Below are positions 48,102 through 63,014 of a stretch of DNA of 64,000 nucleotides, in pieces. The DNA comes from the human T2T-CHM13v2.0 reference genome, Homo sapiens. The translations under genes and the position numbers were made by a program. The stretch's first letter is position 1. Every line of letters begins with the position of its first letter. The stretch lies in assembly GCF_009914755.1 (NCBI RefSeq), contig NC_060932.1; one strand, given 5' to 3'. The notes under the pieces are model-generated. The model saw only the letters and a list, made by a program, of their open reading frames with translations, was not told where the DNA came from and searched no databases.

Positions 48102-48284
48102 CTGAGCTGTCCAACAGGGGAGCCCCACATGAGGTTATTTAAAGTATGATTAAATAAAATTTAAAATTCAGTTTTTCAGCCCACTAGCCACACCTCAAGT
48201 GCTCTGCAGTGGCTAGTGGATACCGTACTGGACAGCATGGACACAGAACATCTCTACCACTGCAGAAAGTTCTATTGGACAGCA
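48102..48284. mobile_element. MER3-like hAT MITE
   Basis: GCTGTCCAA...CACTAGCCACA...GTGGCTAGTGG...GAAAGTTCTATTGGACAGC terminal inverted ends. Confidence 0.75.
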
Positions 48285-48471
48285 ATGGCCACCCCACCAC
48301 AACGGCACCCCTAAGGGCTTCACTATCTTAGGGTGCTCTACAACCACAGCTAGGTTTTTGGTTCTATTTTTTAACCACTGTAAAATGTATGTATGTGTTC
48401 CATGCTCCACATTTCTTGAAAAATAGAATCCCTCTCCTTTTTCATCCCCTAAATTCAACTCATTCCCCAAT

Positions 48472-48766
48472 TTTGGGTTTGTTTTGAGACAGTCTTGCTC
48501 TGTCACTCAGGCTGGAGGTGCAGTGATGTGATCTTGGCTCACTGCAACCTCCGACTATGAGGTTCAAGAGATTCTCCTGCCTCAGCCTCCCAAGTAGCTG
48601 GGATTATAGGCATGCACCACCACGTCTGGCTAATTTTTGTATTTTTAGTAGAGACAGGGTTTTGCCATGTTGGCCAGGCTGGTTTCGAACTCCTGACCTC
48701 AGATGATCTGCCCGCCTCAGCCTCCCAAAGAGCTGGGATTACAGGTATGAGCCACTGCGCCCTGCC
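48472..48766 (-). mobile_element. Alu (AluS)
   Basis: Reverse dimer. Confidence 0.92.
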
Positions 48767-48768
48767 TG

Positions 48769-49078
48769 TTTTCTTGTTTTGAGACAGGGTCTCACTTTGT
48801 CACCAAGGCTGGAGTGCAGTGGCACAATATCAGCTCACTGCAGCCTCGACTTCCCAGGCCCCTCATTGCTGCCTCGACTTCCCAGGCCCAAGCGATCCTC
48901 CTGCCTCAGTCCCCCAAGTAGCTGGGACAACAGGGAAACACTACCACACCCGACTAATTTTTGTATTTTTAGTAGAGATGGGTTTTGCCATGTTGCCCAG
49001 GCTGGTCTCGAACTCCTGGATTCAAGTCATCTGCCTGCCTTGGCCTCCCAATGTGCTGGGATTACAAGCAAGAGCCAT
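48769..49078 (-). mobile_element. Alu (AluJ-like) with an internal 28-bp tandem duplication
   Basis: CTCACTGCAGCCTCGACTTCCCAGGCCC is repeated at 48834 and 48862. Confidence 0.9.
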
Positions 49079-49499
49079 GGCCATTACGGCCATGACATTT
49101 CCTTTATGATTTCAGATAGTTCCTCCCATCAAAAGAGAGAGGAAGAGGTTTATGGTTAGTCACTGCCTGCATCAGCAGCCACCTGACATTTGTATGGCCA
49201 AGTTTTCAAAGGTGAAAACCTGCCATGTGGGAATCTAAACTGACGTCATGATGGGCACTGAAGGCACCGCCTCACATGTATGCTGTATTCGAGAGTACAG
49301 AGGTCTTTCAAAACACCACTGAAAGGGCAGCTGGTAGAACAGGCATTTAACACTTCCCTACTAACCATAGGAAAATCGGGCACAGAAAGAGTAAGTAATT
49401 TGCCCAAAGTCAGGGAAGGGCTTGCCCTCACGCCCGGTTAACTGCATTAACTGTTATTTGCTCCTAAGCAATGGTTAATTGCTCCTGAGTTTGCTCAGT

Positions 49500-49809
49500 T
49501 GTTTTTGTTTTTGTTTTTGTTTTGAGATGGAGTCTTGCCGTGTTGCCCAGGCTGGAGTGCAGTGGTGCTGTCTTGGCTCACTGCAACCTCCGCCTCCAGG
49601 GTTCAAGTGATCTTCCTGCCCCAGCCTCTGTGTAGCTGGGACTACAGGAGTGTGCCATCATGTTCAGCTAATTTTTTGTATTTTTAGTAGAGATGGGGTT
49701 TCACTATGTTGGACAGGCTGGCCTTGAACTCCTGACCTCAAGTGATCCACCTACCTCAGCCTCCTAAAGTGCTGGGATTGATTACAGGCATGAGCCACCA
49801 CTCCCAGCC
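49500..49809 (-). mobile_element. Alu (AluS)
   Basis: Reverse dimer with (GTTTTT)n tail. Confidence 0.92.
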
Positions 49810-52236
49810 TGCCCAGTTCTTTTTAAAATAAAATTGTATAATGGGTTCACCTAAGACTGACTGATTCTCCACATCTGGAAACCTGGGAACTCAATATTTA
49901 ACCACCTAATACAGGGGCTGGCTGCTTTTACCTAGCATTTGTATAAGCTTAATCCTCCCCAGAATAATACATATCTACCCTCTAACCTTTGTCCTCCTAT
50001 CCAGAGGCCAAAGCTATTGCTCCATGTGTTTATTCCTGTCTATAAATGTCCACATTAGATATTGAACCTGAGCAAAACACCTAGTGGCTTGCACACCCTA
50101 TGAAATGTTAGACCTTCTAAGCGTGACTTCACGTTGGTCCATTTACACTCACCCATTTCTTTTCCCTGGAAGTGTCCGCTCTGACCTGCCTCTACCCAAC
50201 TCCAAAACTGCTTCTGCATTTTAGGGATTAGTTCCTCTTGGGGCCAATCTCTCCAATACCCTGAACAGACACACAAACACCCTCTACCCTAGAGAGGATC
50301 ATGTTTGAGGTTTTGCTCCCCTAAATACACACATACCTCTGTATTCATTCCGTATTCCCTTTTTTATGTTCTTTTCTTTTTCTCTTTCTTCTTTTTTTTT
50401 AATTTTTGTTGTTTAATTTGTTTTCTTTTCCTTACTTTTTTTAATCCATATTCCCTTTTAAACTGAGACCTCTCCGCAGCCAAGGGCAGCATGATGAACT
50501 TGTCACATCCACCCTGGGGCAAGCACTGGCCTTGCTGCGCTATACACGCTTAGTGTGCTCTGCCATCTTCCACGAAGCAGATTTCCCCTTTGGAACGGAG
50601 ACAGATAGCACCTCCTCTGTGACCTCAACTCCCACCCCAGGCTGCTAGGAACGATGCCCTGGTAGCCAGTAAAGAGTCAAAGGCCACCAGTGTCACAGTG
50701 ATAACTGTGTTTGTCATTTCCATAGCCATTTTTTTTTAAGTGTCTTTCCATTGAATGTCATTTTTCTTGCCTGGCGAGAGGGCGCTGAGGTGTAGCCATA
50801 TTCCAGAGCCTGAAAAGCCTTGTGTGGCCTAGTGGTTAAGAGCATGACTCTAGAGTCAGCCTGCCAATTCCAGATGTGCTCACTGGGTGACCCTGGGCAA
50901 GTAATTTAATCACCTGGTGCTGCCCTGTCTTCATCTGTAAAGGACACTGATGGCAGTCCCTGCCTCAAATGATGGTTGTAGGATGATGGGGAAAACAACA
51001 AGTGTTTAGAAGGGTGACTAGCAAGTAGAATTCAACTCTGCTTTGATGACTCAATGTACGATGCCAATCACCCTGACTGGGCCACGAATGGGCACCTACT
51101 ATGCGCAGGCACTGAGTGAGGGGTGGGCCATAGACAGAAAGAGACCAAAGCATTGAGGAACACAGTCTAGCAGTAAAGCTGATGTGGAACTGCAGATCCC
51201 AAAGCCCCAAGGGCAGCATACTCGAGATATAAAGTGCTGGACAGTGCGGTTCCCAGAGTGAGGCAATGCCTCACCTCGGTCTCAGAGGATAAATGGGAAT
51301 TTTCTTGGCAAAGAGAAATGAAACAAAGAGGGGAGGAAGCGTTCCCTGCAAAAGACAGAATTGGCAAATGAAAGGAAGTCGAGATCATGCTCTGTCTAGG
51401 CACAGAACTCATTTCGTCTGCCTGATCGCATTCCAAGTATATCTGTGGTGGAGTCGGGGATGGGGACACATGTGCGGGAGATAGCTCCCTACATACTTCA
51501 AGAGCTGCAGAGGAAGCTCTCAGTGGCTCAGGTGACCCAGGGGGCACTCCCACTTCCACCTACTCCTGGTGGAATCCCAGCAAGACCTATCAGAGAATGA
51601 CCTGAAGTGTTTGCTAACACTACAGGTTCTAAGCCCCACCCCCAGATCAACAAAAAGTCTCCTGGGATGGAGCCAGGGAATCTGCATTTTAACCCATTCT
51701 CCAGGGACACTTTTGCTCATTAAAAATTACACACAGCAAGATTTGAGAATCACTGCACTAGATAAGATGCCACATGTCCCTTTGCGCCCTTGGAAGCAGG
51801 GGTGCCAGCTAGGTCCCAGTGTCCACATCTAGCTCCTTTAGATGTAATCCACGGTGGTGAGCCCTCAAACATGGGAATTGGGAACTGAGACATGTTTTTT
51901 GGTAGGCTTTGGGTAATGGGTTTCAAAAGCCTTGAAAAAAACACACATTTTGACCAAGGATAAAAAGTCCTTCGGGGGAAATCACTGATGTAAATCAATG
52001 TCTAGTCACAAGGATGTACTTGTTGTAGGGTTGCTTATAATTAGTAAAAAAAAAAAAAAAAACTGGACGCAACCTAAACACAAATGAGGGAGGTACTGGC
52101 TTCTGCCTCAGGGCTTCTGCACATGCTCTCTTCCCTTGCACTGAACACTGCCCTCACCCCCTGCCCACATCTTCACGGTTCTTAAGTTGTTGCTCTAACG
52201 CCACCTCCTCTGCGAGGCCCGCCCCTAACCACTCTA

Positions 52237-52775
<539 letters not shown>

Positions 52776-54149
52776 CAGCAACAGTGCTTTTTCCCCATTG
52801 CACATAATCCTACTATACAAGAGAATTGACTTATTCCATGTGTCTCCTTCAACTGCACCTCACTCCACTAGAATGTAAGTTCCAGGAGGGCAGGGATTTG
52901 TGTCCATTGTGTTCACTGCTAGAGCCCAGCACTTAGAACCTGGTACTAGTAGCTTCTCAAATATGTTTTGACCAAATGAATTAATTAGAGAAATACAAAG
53001 CAGTACAACACCACACAGCCATTAACAATGGCACTGCTAACAACTACACACACGGAAAGGCAAGGACGCCAGGCCGCTAAGTGAAGAAAGAAGTTTCTGA
53101 CACAGTCTTGGCTCCCTGACCCTTTGCTGAAAATGTGCGAGCTCTTGTGAGTGTGAACATAACCCACTTTCTCATCAAGCGCTTGTGGGTGACTTATTTT
53201 TTACTTAACTGAAGTTTCTAGTTTTTCTTCCATTAACTTTACGTTACTTACATAATCTTTGAGAAGTAATCCCTCATGAAATGCTCTCAAAACATCTGCT
53301 AATTTTTTTTTTTTTAAGAAAAAAGCTTCCTCCTCAGTGACTTAATTAGGGTGTTCCTAATTAAGGCCAGCACAACATCAAAGAGGCCAGGTTCCAGGGG
53401 ACCCCCGCTCCAGGTCAACTTCTGGTTGCAGGATGACCTCAGTCCCTCCAGCGGAGGCTCAGACAGAGGGCTTGGCTGTCGGCTAGTCCTGGCTCTGCTC
53501 CCCGCTCCCTGTTTCCTATTGGGGTGCCTCATCCAATTATTCAGGCCCTCGATCACATCCTGCTGCCGAGCGGGCTTTGAAGGTTCAGTAAACAGCCACT
53601 TCAAAACAAAGAGGGGCCATTAAACCAAACTCAAAGACTTCCTTAATGGCTGCGTGCTCGGCTGCAGGAGAGGAGTCCGGCCTCAAAAGGGAGGTCTCCC
53701 TGGGAACTAATCCCTGAGCTCTCCCAGCCTCCTTCTGCAAATATCTGCCCGCTTCCTGCTCTGCACTCAATCACTCGGGGTGCAGAGTGGTTACTGGAGC
53801 GACCCTTGACAGAGGGGCTCCTCCAGCAAAACAAACATGTGTCGTGTGGCTGCCACCTTAGACAACCCTATTGCACACTTCGATCTCACAGCTCAGCTGC
53901 TCCCAAAAACTGCACTGGCCTGGCCCAACAACTTCATGTCCGTGGCCAGGGCATATTCCTCTTAATTAGAGGGAGACCCCTTGAGCTTCTGGAAGAAACT
54001 CAGAGGTGAGTCTAGATTTTTGTGTGTTTTTATCTGTCTCATCCTGAGTCCTAATGGTACAAACAGAGCGATCAAGGACATGAATGAAATACACCTGTTA
54101 CAGAATCTAAAATGCTAGGCTGCAAAAGCGAGAGAGAGCCCAGTCCTGT

Positions 54150-54380
54150 GGAGAGGCACACAGACCCTGGAGCCAGACTGCCTGGACTCAACTAACTCCC
54201 AGCTATGCTTCTCACTAGCTGTATGACATGGGCAAATGGCTTAACCGCGCAGCACCTCAGTTTCCCCATCTGTAAAATGGGAATTATAATAGTTACTAAG
54301 ACTACCTCGCTGGGTGGTTGGAAGATTAAATAAGTTTGTGTCAAGCACTTAGCATAGTGCCTGGTTTGCATATAAATGCT
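54150..54380 (+). mobile_element. MIR
   Basis: CCTCAGTTTCCCCATCTGTAAAATGGGAATTATAATAG core. Confidence 0.8.
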
Positions 54381-56174
54381 TTTAAAATAAGCAAAATAAA
54401 ACTCAGTTCCGAGCGAGAGTGTCACCCAGATCAAAAGCCTTCCTGGACTCTGTACTCCCACCTTAAATGGGAATCAGAGGCCCTCCCCAGAGCCCCCACA
54501 CAATCTTGGGCTGATCTCTATGGTGGTGTGGATTACACTGAACTCTAATTACCTGCCTGCCTGTCTCCTAGACTGAGCACTTCAGGGCAATGACTGTCTA
54601 TACTGTCCACAGGTGTTCCTCCACCCCCCAGCAGCACCTGACATGCAGTAGACATGCCATCGTATTTGACGAATACATGTACTGTGTCCTCTCAAATTAC
54701 TTATATGTTGAATGTTGAAAAGCACTGCACTTGTCTCTACTGCATTATCAAACTGAAGGCATAGGTTGCTTCTATTCTTTGAAACATCTGAGTGCCACTA
54801 TCAGCAGGAGGCTCTGCCAGGAATTACTAGGGTGGCTCAAATAGATACGAGCATTTATTTAGCACTTATTTCATGCTAAGCCCTCGACTTTTACTTATTT
54901 AATACTCAACAACTTTAAGAGGGAAGGATTATTCACCTCTTCTCCCATTTTACAGGTAAGAAAATCAAGGCTCAGTAAACTTAACTTGCTCAGAGCAATA
55001 GAGCTAGGAAACGCTAGAGCCGGGCTTCAAAGCCCAAGGATAACCACTTTTTAAGGTAGGATATAATCAATACTAGGTAGAATGTCACAAAGAATGTGAA
55101 AAATGGCTTTAGGGTTATCGAGCTTTGAGGGAAAAGGAGGCACCAGAGAATAAGGTCACTGTCTAATGGGGCCTAAGGATGAGAAAGATTTCAGTAGGCA
55201 GCAATGGCAGAGACAGGACAGGACAAACAACAAAAGTGAGGAGCACAGGCTGTGTCAAGGAAGCCTGGGAGTCCGAGTTAGGGAGCGCTGGACACATAGC
55301 GGGCCACTTAGCTGGGGCCAAATCACAGGTGTCCTCACACAAAAGGTTAAGGCAGGACTGCCACATTCGGCCCATGGGAAGAACCCAGATGTGGCCAAGA
55401 CTTGGGAAGCTGCTGCCACAGGGCAGACTAGAGGCACAGGATGGCCACTTTTGGTGGTTGCCCCAGAAAAAGGAGGAAACTCAAAGGATGTAGATGGGAA
55501 AAGATGCCCCTAATAAAGCAACTTTCCCTCCCCCAGGCCTCAATGTATCTGACTTACAAATGTCCTAGCCAAGGACCCCACCCTCTCCTTCCCTAATAAA
55601 CAAACAGTAGGGTTTGCAAATACAGAATGCAAATAGGTCCTGCTGGGCCAGCTGACCTTCGTAATGAACTCAGGGGCGATTTACTTAGCAAGAAAAAAAC
55701 TCAACTTCTCCATTTCCTGCAACTTCACTGCAAGCTCTAAATACAGCTCCATAAGGGTGGGGCAGTGTCTGCCTAAGAAGTGGTGGAGATAATTACTCCA
55801 CTGATTTTAAGACTTCAAAATTCCTCATTCCCAAATCTACAAGACAGAATAGTAACTGCTTCTAACATTTGAGTGGACGTTCGCCAGGCAATGTGTGAAA
55901 ACCTTCACAAGCAATGTTTCACCTCAGAATCCTCCAACAACTCTTATCAGGTTCATCAGACCCATTTTGCGGAAGAGGAAACCAAGACTTACAGAGATTA
56001 AATAACTCGCCCATGGGATTTGAGTCAGATTCCTTTAACTTCAAGGTCAACTCTAGCTCCAGAATTTCTATGGAGGGGTTTAGGGGCAGTGTTGTAGCCA
56101 GCAGAAGGTAGAAGATAGAAAGCTGTGTTGCAACGCAGGCACACTCTAATTCTCTAGATGATATGTTACAGATC

Positions 56175-56748
<574 letters not shown>

Positions 56749-59700
56749 ACCAGAAAAGGCTTTGAGGGAAGACTTACACAGCTCAGTGATTCTCAGCCTT
56801 GGACATCACCAGAATTACCTGGGGTGCTTTTCAAAATCTTAATGCCATGAATGTACCCCAAGGCACTGATCAGAGCCCTGGCCCAGGCAGCAGCATCTCC
56901 AAGCTCCCAGGGAACCCAATGGACCCTGCTCTGTAACCACACGCATGCAGCCAAATGAGGTACACCTGCCTAGAACCTCGCCTTCTGGTGAGACCCATTC
57001 CCACGGCCCTTGGAGCCCCTGTCGCATAGTAGGCAGCAGAGGGGACCCAGGCAAAACCTGCTGCCCACCTCCATGCCCAGGAAGCTGCTGGTGCTGAGTG
57101 AGCTGAAACTTTCTACTGCTTTGAGAGAAAGCAAGCAAATAAAAAGACACACAGTTCAAAAGGCACTCAACTCAATTGATTTTTTTTTTTCACCCACTTA
57201 CATTAGACAGGAAAAGAAAAACAACTTAGAACCTATGACCAAGGCCAGATACGCCAAGAGGCAGCACAGGAAGGAGTTTTGTTGGTGAGCCCATCCACTT
57301 CTTCAAACACAGACTTACAAGGGCCCTTGTCCAGCCCCCAGAGAATCTTAAACAACCCAAATCCTCCCATTTGCTCAGTAGGTAAAAACACTGTCACCTC
57401 CAAACAAATCGGGAAGCAGGCGAGATGAGAGAGCCCCAAGCCTAGGACTTCCAGGTGTTGAGACGGGGACTGCTCTGGAGTGGATTCTGCACTGGGAATT
57501 GCTACTTTTAAGTTTTTGGTTGTTCGGTTGTTTCTGATTTGCCTTGGTGGCTCATACTCAGATGAAACCTGCAGTCTACTGCTAATTCAAGGGAGAACCT
57601 CAGCAATCGTGACAATGGGCTTCCTTAATGCTCAGCCAATTAATTTACTCCTCAATTTCATTTTCCTCTCCTGTTTGCTACTTAATAAGGCCATATCAGC
57701 AGTGCTATCTCCAAATCTGAGTTAAACGGCTCACAGCATCAGTTAGTTCCCTTTAAATGGCCCCCAAATTTCTTGTCTGACATCCTAGGCAGCTAAATCT
57801 GTCCTCTGGCTTTTGTTTGGTCTGGAGTGAGGTATTTCTTTGTTTTTGCAGAGGTGTGGGTTTTTGGGGTAAGTGTCCTGAAGGCAGTTCCGAGAAGTAA
57901 TGGGGAACTCAAAGTGACCTCATTTGTCCATACCCAATTCGAACATCTAAATGGTCTCACTACAGAAGGAATCTTGCCAGCTATCGCCACCCATGCCCGT
58001 GAAGATGGAAAAAGCCGAGATGCAAATTGGAGATAAAGCATCTAATGAATCAATAGTTTCAACCTTTTCACCCTCCAAGCATTTTAACAGCCTTAAGTAA
58101 GCTAGCCAAATTGACAGACATCATTTTAGCTTTTTTCCTTTTCCCTGTGGCTGAGGTGCAAAAGAAGAGTTCAAAGGGCAAGAGGTCAGCAACTGAGAAC
58201 ACATAGCACACAGGGAACAAACTTAAATAGTGAACAATTTTTTAGTATATCTGAAATGCAAATTTAATGGGAAACCCTACGTTTTTACTTGCTGAAATCA
58301 TTATGCCACGTTTGGTGCCTGAAACACCACTGATGCTCAATAAATACTACGGAATGAGTATATGTTACTCTAGTAAGAACTGGGCAATGGCTGAACCAGG
58401 CAAAATCCAAACTCAGCTTACCTTCTATGCAAACCAGGACCTAGGAATGACTTCTCTTGATTTGGAGCATTACAAACTGCGGAATTTCAGAACATAAAGG
58501 TTCACAGCATCAAGCTAGAAGTTCCAAAAAATTTGACTAAATAGTAAAGGGTTTTCACAAAAACTAAATAGGGAGGGGTTTTCACAAAGAAACACTCAAA
58601 CCAGTATAGAAACGATTTCCAAACAACAAAATTGGCACCCAAAAAACCAAAAAGATGACTCTACATAGAAGAGGTCCTAAATCTCTGGGCACCCATCCCA
58701 GGCAGTTCCTGCTGTCGATTTTATGACATCTTTACTTCACCTTCTTCTCCCATGGGCCCAAAACGAGGAAGCTGTAAAACCCTGGCCAAATACAACCATT
58801 TGCTAAGAGAAAAGCCAACATGGGGCCCATGTGTCCTTTACAAGTGCTCTGCTTGTCCTGCCTTTGGTGGCTGTCACCGTTTATAGGGAGCAGCCCACCT
58901 CCCTCAGAGCACCTGGCTGAGGCCTTGGTTGGGTTTTCAGTGCTGTCCTGGAGAAAACTCTTTTTTTGAGGCCTCCAAGGGAACTCCTGCAGAGACTGAT
59001 GCTCTTCTCTAGGCTGAACCACAGCCCTTCCTTCATGACCACCATATTGGATTCATATTACCTGTTTACAGCCCACAGGACAAGGAGCTCTCCAAGGGCA
59101 GAGCCTAGCAAAAGGCCTTCTACACAATTGCCCTCCATAAACAGCAAGGAAGTGTATCTCTCTTCTGATGGGAACCCCAAAACAAAGCAGTGAGGGGTAA
59201 AAAAAAAATCCTGAAATCACTATCCAGTGTTGGACCCACTACCCACATTCTCCATCCTATGATATGGGAGGGAAAATATCACGACATGGCTTCGAACCAC
59301 AAAAAGATTTCCATGGAATTCAAGAAGTCCCTTTAGCAGTTCTAATTTTAGGCAGAACTTAGGAAAGAGGATAGTGATGGCAAACACAGGTGGGGGGCGG
59401 TGGGGAGGAACTGAACAAGGCCTCTATTCTGCTCAGCACAGGTGCTGGTAACAGGACACCCCTGTCTAAAGTGACACATGGGGTGGAGGAACCAGGTGTG
59501 GTTGGGGTTGTCTTGCGCCAGTCACATTCTATACTCCTAACCTCGTACAAAGTTCTCCCTGCAGCAGGCCCAGTTCAGCTCTCGACATGCTGATTCTTGA
59601 GCAACAAGGGTGAAGAAAATATTTGATTTCAGACATCCAACTTTGTTTTTTTAACCCAAGTTAATTATTAAAAGAAGAAAGACATCCGCAGAGTGAGCTG

Positions 59701-62141
59701 TCCTCAATTTTGGCCAGCAAAGTCTCCTGGTCTTAAGAACTCCCCAGACATCACCAAAATCGATGCCGGTTCAATGACTCAAAAGCAAAGGCACAAAGCT
59801 GCTGTTTGAGACATGGAGCCCTCCCTTCCCAGAGCTTGGATAGAAACTCCAAAAAGATTCCAGGACCTCCTTGATGCAGTCAAGATCGTCTACACATCGG
59901 AAGGCAGTCAACATCACTTCCAGACTACTGTTCCCCAGACAAACCAGCTATGGGCCCTTCCCTCCAGCCACGTGAATATCTTGTCTCCCCTTTCCTCTGG
60001 AACCAACTCACACCAGCCAATTTGATCAGCGATTTACTAATTTGCATGGATGGGAGGAAAGGCAGCCAGTAGGTGATTTTGCACAACACCGTTCATTAGC
60101 GACCACCACCACAGCAGGGTAGAATAAACGGGAAACAAACCACCAGGCTTCCTCTCGTCAAGGAATCGATATGTTGTTTACTAGCTGCTGCTTGCTTTAC
60201 ATGGTGCTGTTCCCCAGTGGAGAAAAAGTCAGGATTTCTTCCACACCTTACTGCCTGAAAAGGATAAAACCCATGCCCTGACAGCCAGCCGAGGACTTAG
60301 ATGAAGCATCTTTAGAGGAAAGCACAAAGAATCCTCTCTCTCTTGCTTTTCCATGTCTTGAGGTTCTCTGGTTTCAGAAGATGGAGGGTGCCAGGCCTTG
60401 AAATTATTCCCTTTTTTTATTGTTTTCTTTTTTTCTCCAAAGAGGAAATTGACTCCCTTCCTGTGCTGCTGTACATTTTGAAGAATCAAATGCTACTAAT
60501 AAAACCATTTTCCTTATCCTTTTCTCACCCAGCCTAACATCACTTCTGAGAAAATAACCTAAAAATTTTTATCAAGATGGCATTCCAAATGGGTTTCCGA
60601 CATTTACGCTTTTCCCTCAGAGCAAACAGATAGGAGACCAAAGGCATTATAAACCCATTATGGGAGTTTAAAGAAGAGAACAAGAGGATAAGCAGGTCAT
60701 TAGAAAGTCAGTTGATTTCAGATATTAAAAACTGACTTTTGTTGCTGGTGACTTCATGCATCTGCACACTATATACTGCTTATCAGATCTGTTCAAATTT
60801 AAAAATTTTTAATTTCCATTTAAAATGTCACTGTCATCTAATCCATGATAAAGTCTTTTAAGAAGCAAAGTCCAAGAAAATATTCAAGAATTGTCTTATG
60901 CATAAACAATCTTGGAAATCAGACATTCCCTCTCTCTTCATCTCTCGAGTCTCCAAAAGTCTAAAACTCTGCAGAACCCAAGGCATGTTTTAGTCTTCCA
61001 TTCCACCTTGCTTTTAAAATTTTACTGCCAAAACAAACAAACCAAAAAAACAAAACTTTAAAATAAATGATTTCCCATAGGATACTGAACAAACCTACTA
61101 AACTCAAACCGAAAGAAGTCAGGATACACAAACTCTAGATTCCGCCGTGACTGGGCATTAAAGAAAATGTCTTTATTTTTAACTGGAACCATGCAGGGGA
61201 AAAAACACCACCTTGGCACCCGTGAGTCCCCAGCCAGGGCATAGTGCCACGCAGCCACAGGATGGCAGGTGGAAAGCAGGACAGCCCACCCTTTGGGCAG
61301 GTCACCTTCTGAACGGCTTTCGATTCAAACAGTGAATGGGAAGAACCGAGCCTGGATTCTGGATTAAAGAACAAAGAGAAAAAACTCCAGATGTGATCAC
61401 TCCAGGACTGCAGTGGACAGATCCGTCAGTGTGCACTGGGGGCAACAGAATGAAAGGGGCTGTCTTTCAACAGGGAATAATCCATCTAATTCCAAGTGCC
61501 TGGACTATAAGCATTCCTGGGCAAGCAGAGTCTGGCTGCAGATTATGCTATGCTAAGGACAATTTGTGACAAAAGGCACGAGAGCTGTAGAAAGATTTCA
61601 AAATGGACAAAACCAGGACAGAGGCAGCTTGATAAAGTTCACCCTGGGTGAGGTGGCAGTTGGTTCTGAAAGGTGGAAGCAGGCCATGACAGCTGAGCAT
61701 TCCTTCCCAAAGACCATCTCCGAGGCACGAAGCCTCTCTAAACCTTACACTTCATCAGACAAAAGCTCCTCCAGGCGCCCAGGCAGCGGCTGAAGAGGGG
61801 CTGTCCACACCCACTCGGTGCACAGCTTTCCAAACCTGCCCACTCGTTTTGGAAGCGAGCTTTTAATTAAACACCACCTCCCCGGATCTGGATCTGTTGA
61901 GGCAAACTGGGGCTGGGCCAGAGCCAAAGAGAAGCTCCCTAAATACACATTAAAAAAATAATTTCCCCCACCGCTCCCAATTCCCACCTCCAGCCAGCTC
62001 GCGCGGCTGGTTTTATTTCCTCTGGATGAATAACACGGGGCCCTGGTCTATCTCTAGGCACCAGAAAATCCACATCCGAGGATCAGGTTATCCCCAGTCC
62101 CACCCTTTGCAGGAAAAAACCAGGGTGTTGTTCCCCGCCCC

Positions 62142-62186
62142 CACGCGCGCGCGCGCACACACACATGCACGCGCGCACACACACAC
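62142..62186. repeat. (CG)n/(CA)n alternating purine-pyrimidine tract
   Basis: cacgcgcgcgcgcgcacacacacatgcacgcgcgcacacacacac. Confidence 0.92.
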
Positions 62187-62942
62187 CATCTTCACAACCC
62201 TTCCAAGAGAAAACCTAGAGTGTGTGTCCGTTTGGGTCTGGGAGGGCAGGATACAGTTATTTCGGGGGCCCCAATCTTGCCTTTAGGCTCAGCTGGGAGA
62301 AGGCGGGGCCCCTGCAAGGCTGCCCGGGAACTTCGGCCCCGCGCCCCGCGGGAGGGCTAAGAGAGGGCACGCACACCTTTACCAGCTTCGGAACGGCCCA
62401 ATTAATAACTAATTTGCTCAGATACCCCACTCCAAGTAGACCTGACAGCCAAGGAGGGACTGGCTTTCCCTCTCAGTCTCCTAGGCTAGGGGACTCCTTC
62501 CTGCGAGCGGGCAGAGCCCCCACTTCCTCCCCACCACCGCGCCAGGCGCCCCCACCCCGTGCCCGGGGGAATCAGGTGTCCTCCCGGGCATCCAGCCCCC
62601 GCGGGTCCCAGACACTTACTTCAGGGACAGACAATGGGAAAACTTGCAGCCAGTGCCTTGAGCCCCCGAGGGAAAGAAATGGTGCCGCCCCCTGGGACAA
62701 TGAGCGGGGGAGATGGCGTGGGACAGCAGACACCCCCCAGAGAAGCCACCCGCCCAGTGACCCCGCAGAGCCCGGAGCAGCGCCCCGGGTGAGCAGGTGA
62801 CACTCCGGCCGGGAGCTCCCGCAGGTGGCCGGTGGCCACACTGCAGGGAAGGGCCGGGTGCCCGGCCCGGGGTGGAGGCGAAGCGCGGCGGCGAGGTCAG
62901 AGCGCGGCGGCCGGCGCCGCAGCCGCACCCCCGGCGTCCTAC

Positions 62943-63014
62943 CTTCATGTCGCTGATGATGGTCTGGAAGAGGCCTCCGAGCGCGCTGCATTCCTTCTCA
63001 ATCACAGCCTCCAT
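62943..63014 (-). CDS. MTSS1: MTSS1 coding exon 1 (72 nt, MEAVIEKECSALGGLFQTIISDMK), start of the I-BAR/IMD domain
   Basis: The translation matches the MTSS1 N-terminus. The ATG at 63014 is in strong Kozak context (GGGAAAATGG). Donor AAG|GTAGG at 62942, phase 0. Confidence 0.97.

Noticed and set aside
50770-50790. CTCF-like GGCGAGAGGGCGCTG
   Set aside because: It lacks the conserved 5' CC of the core and cannot be supported without ChIP data.
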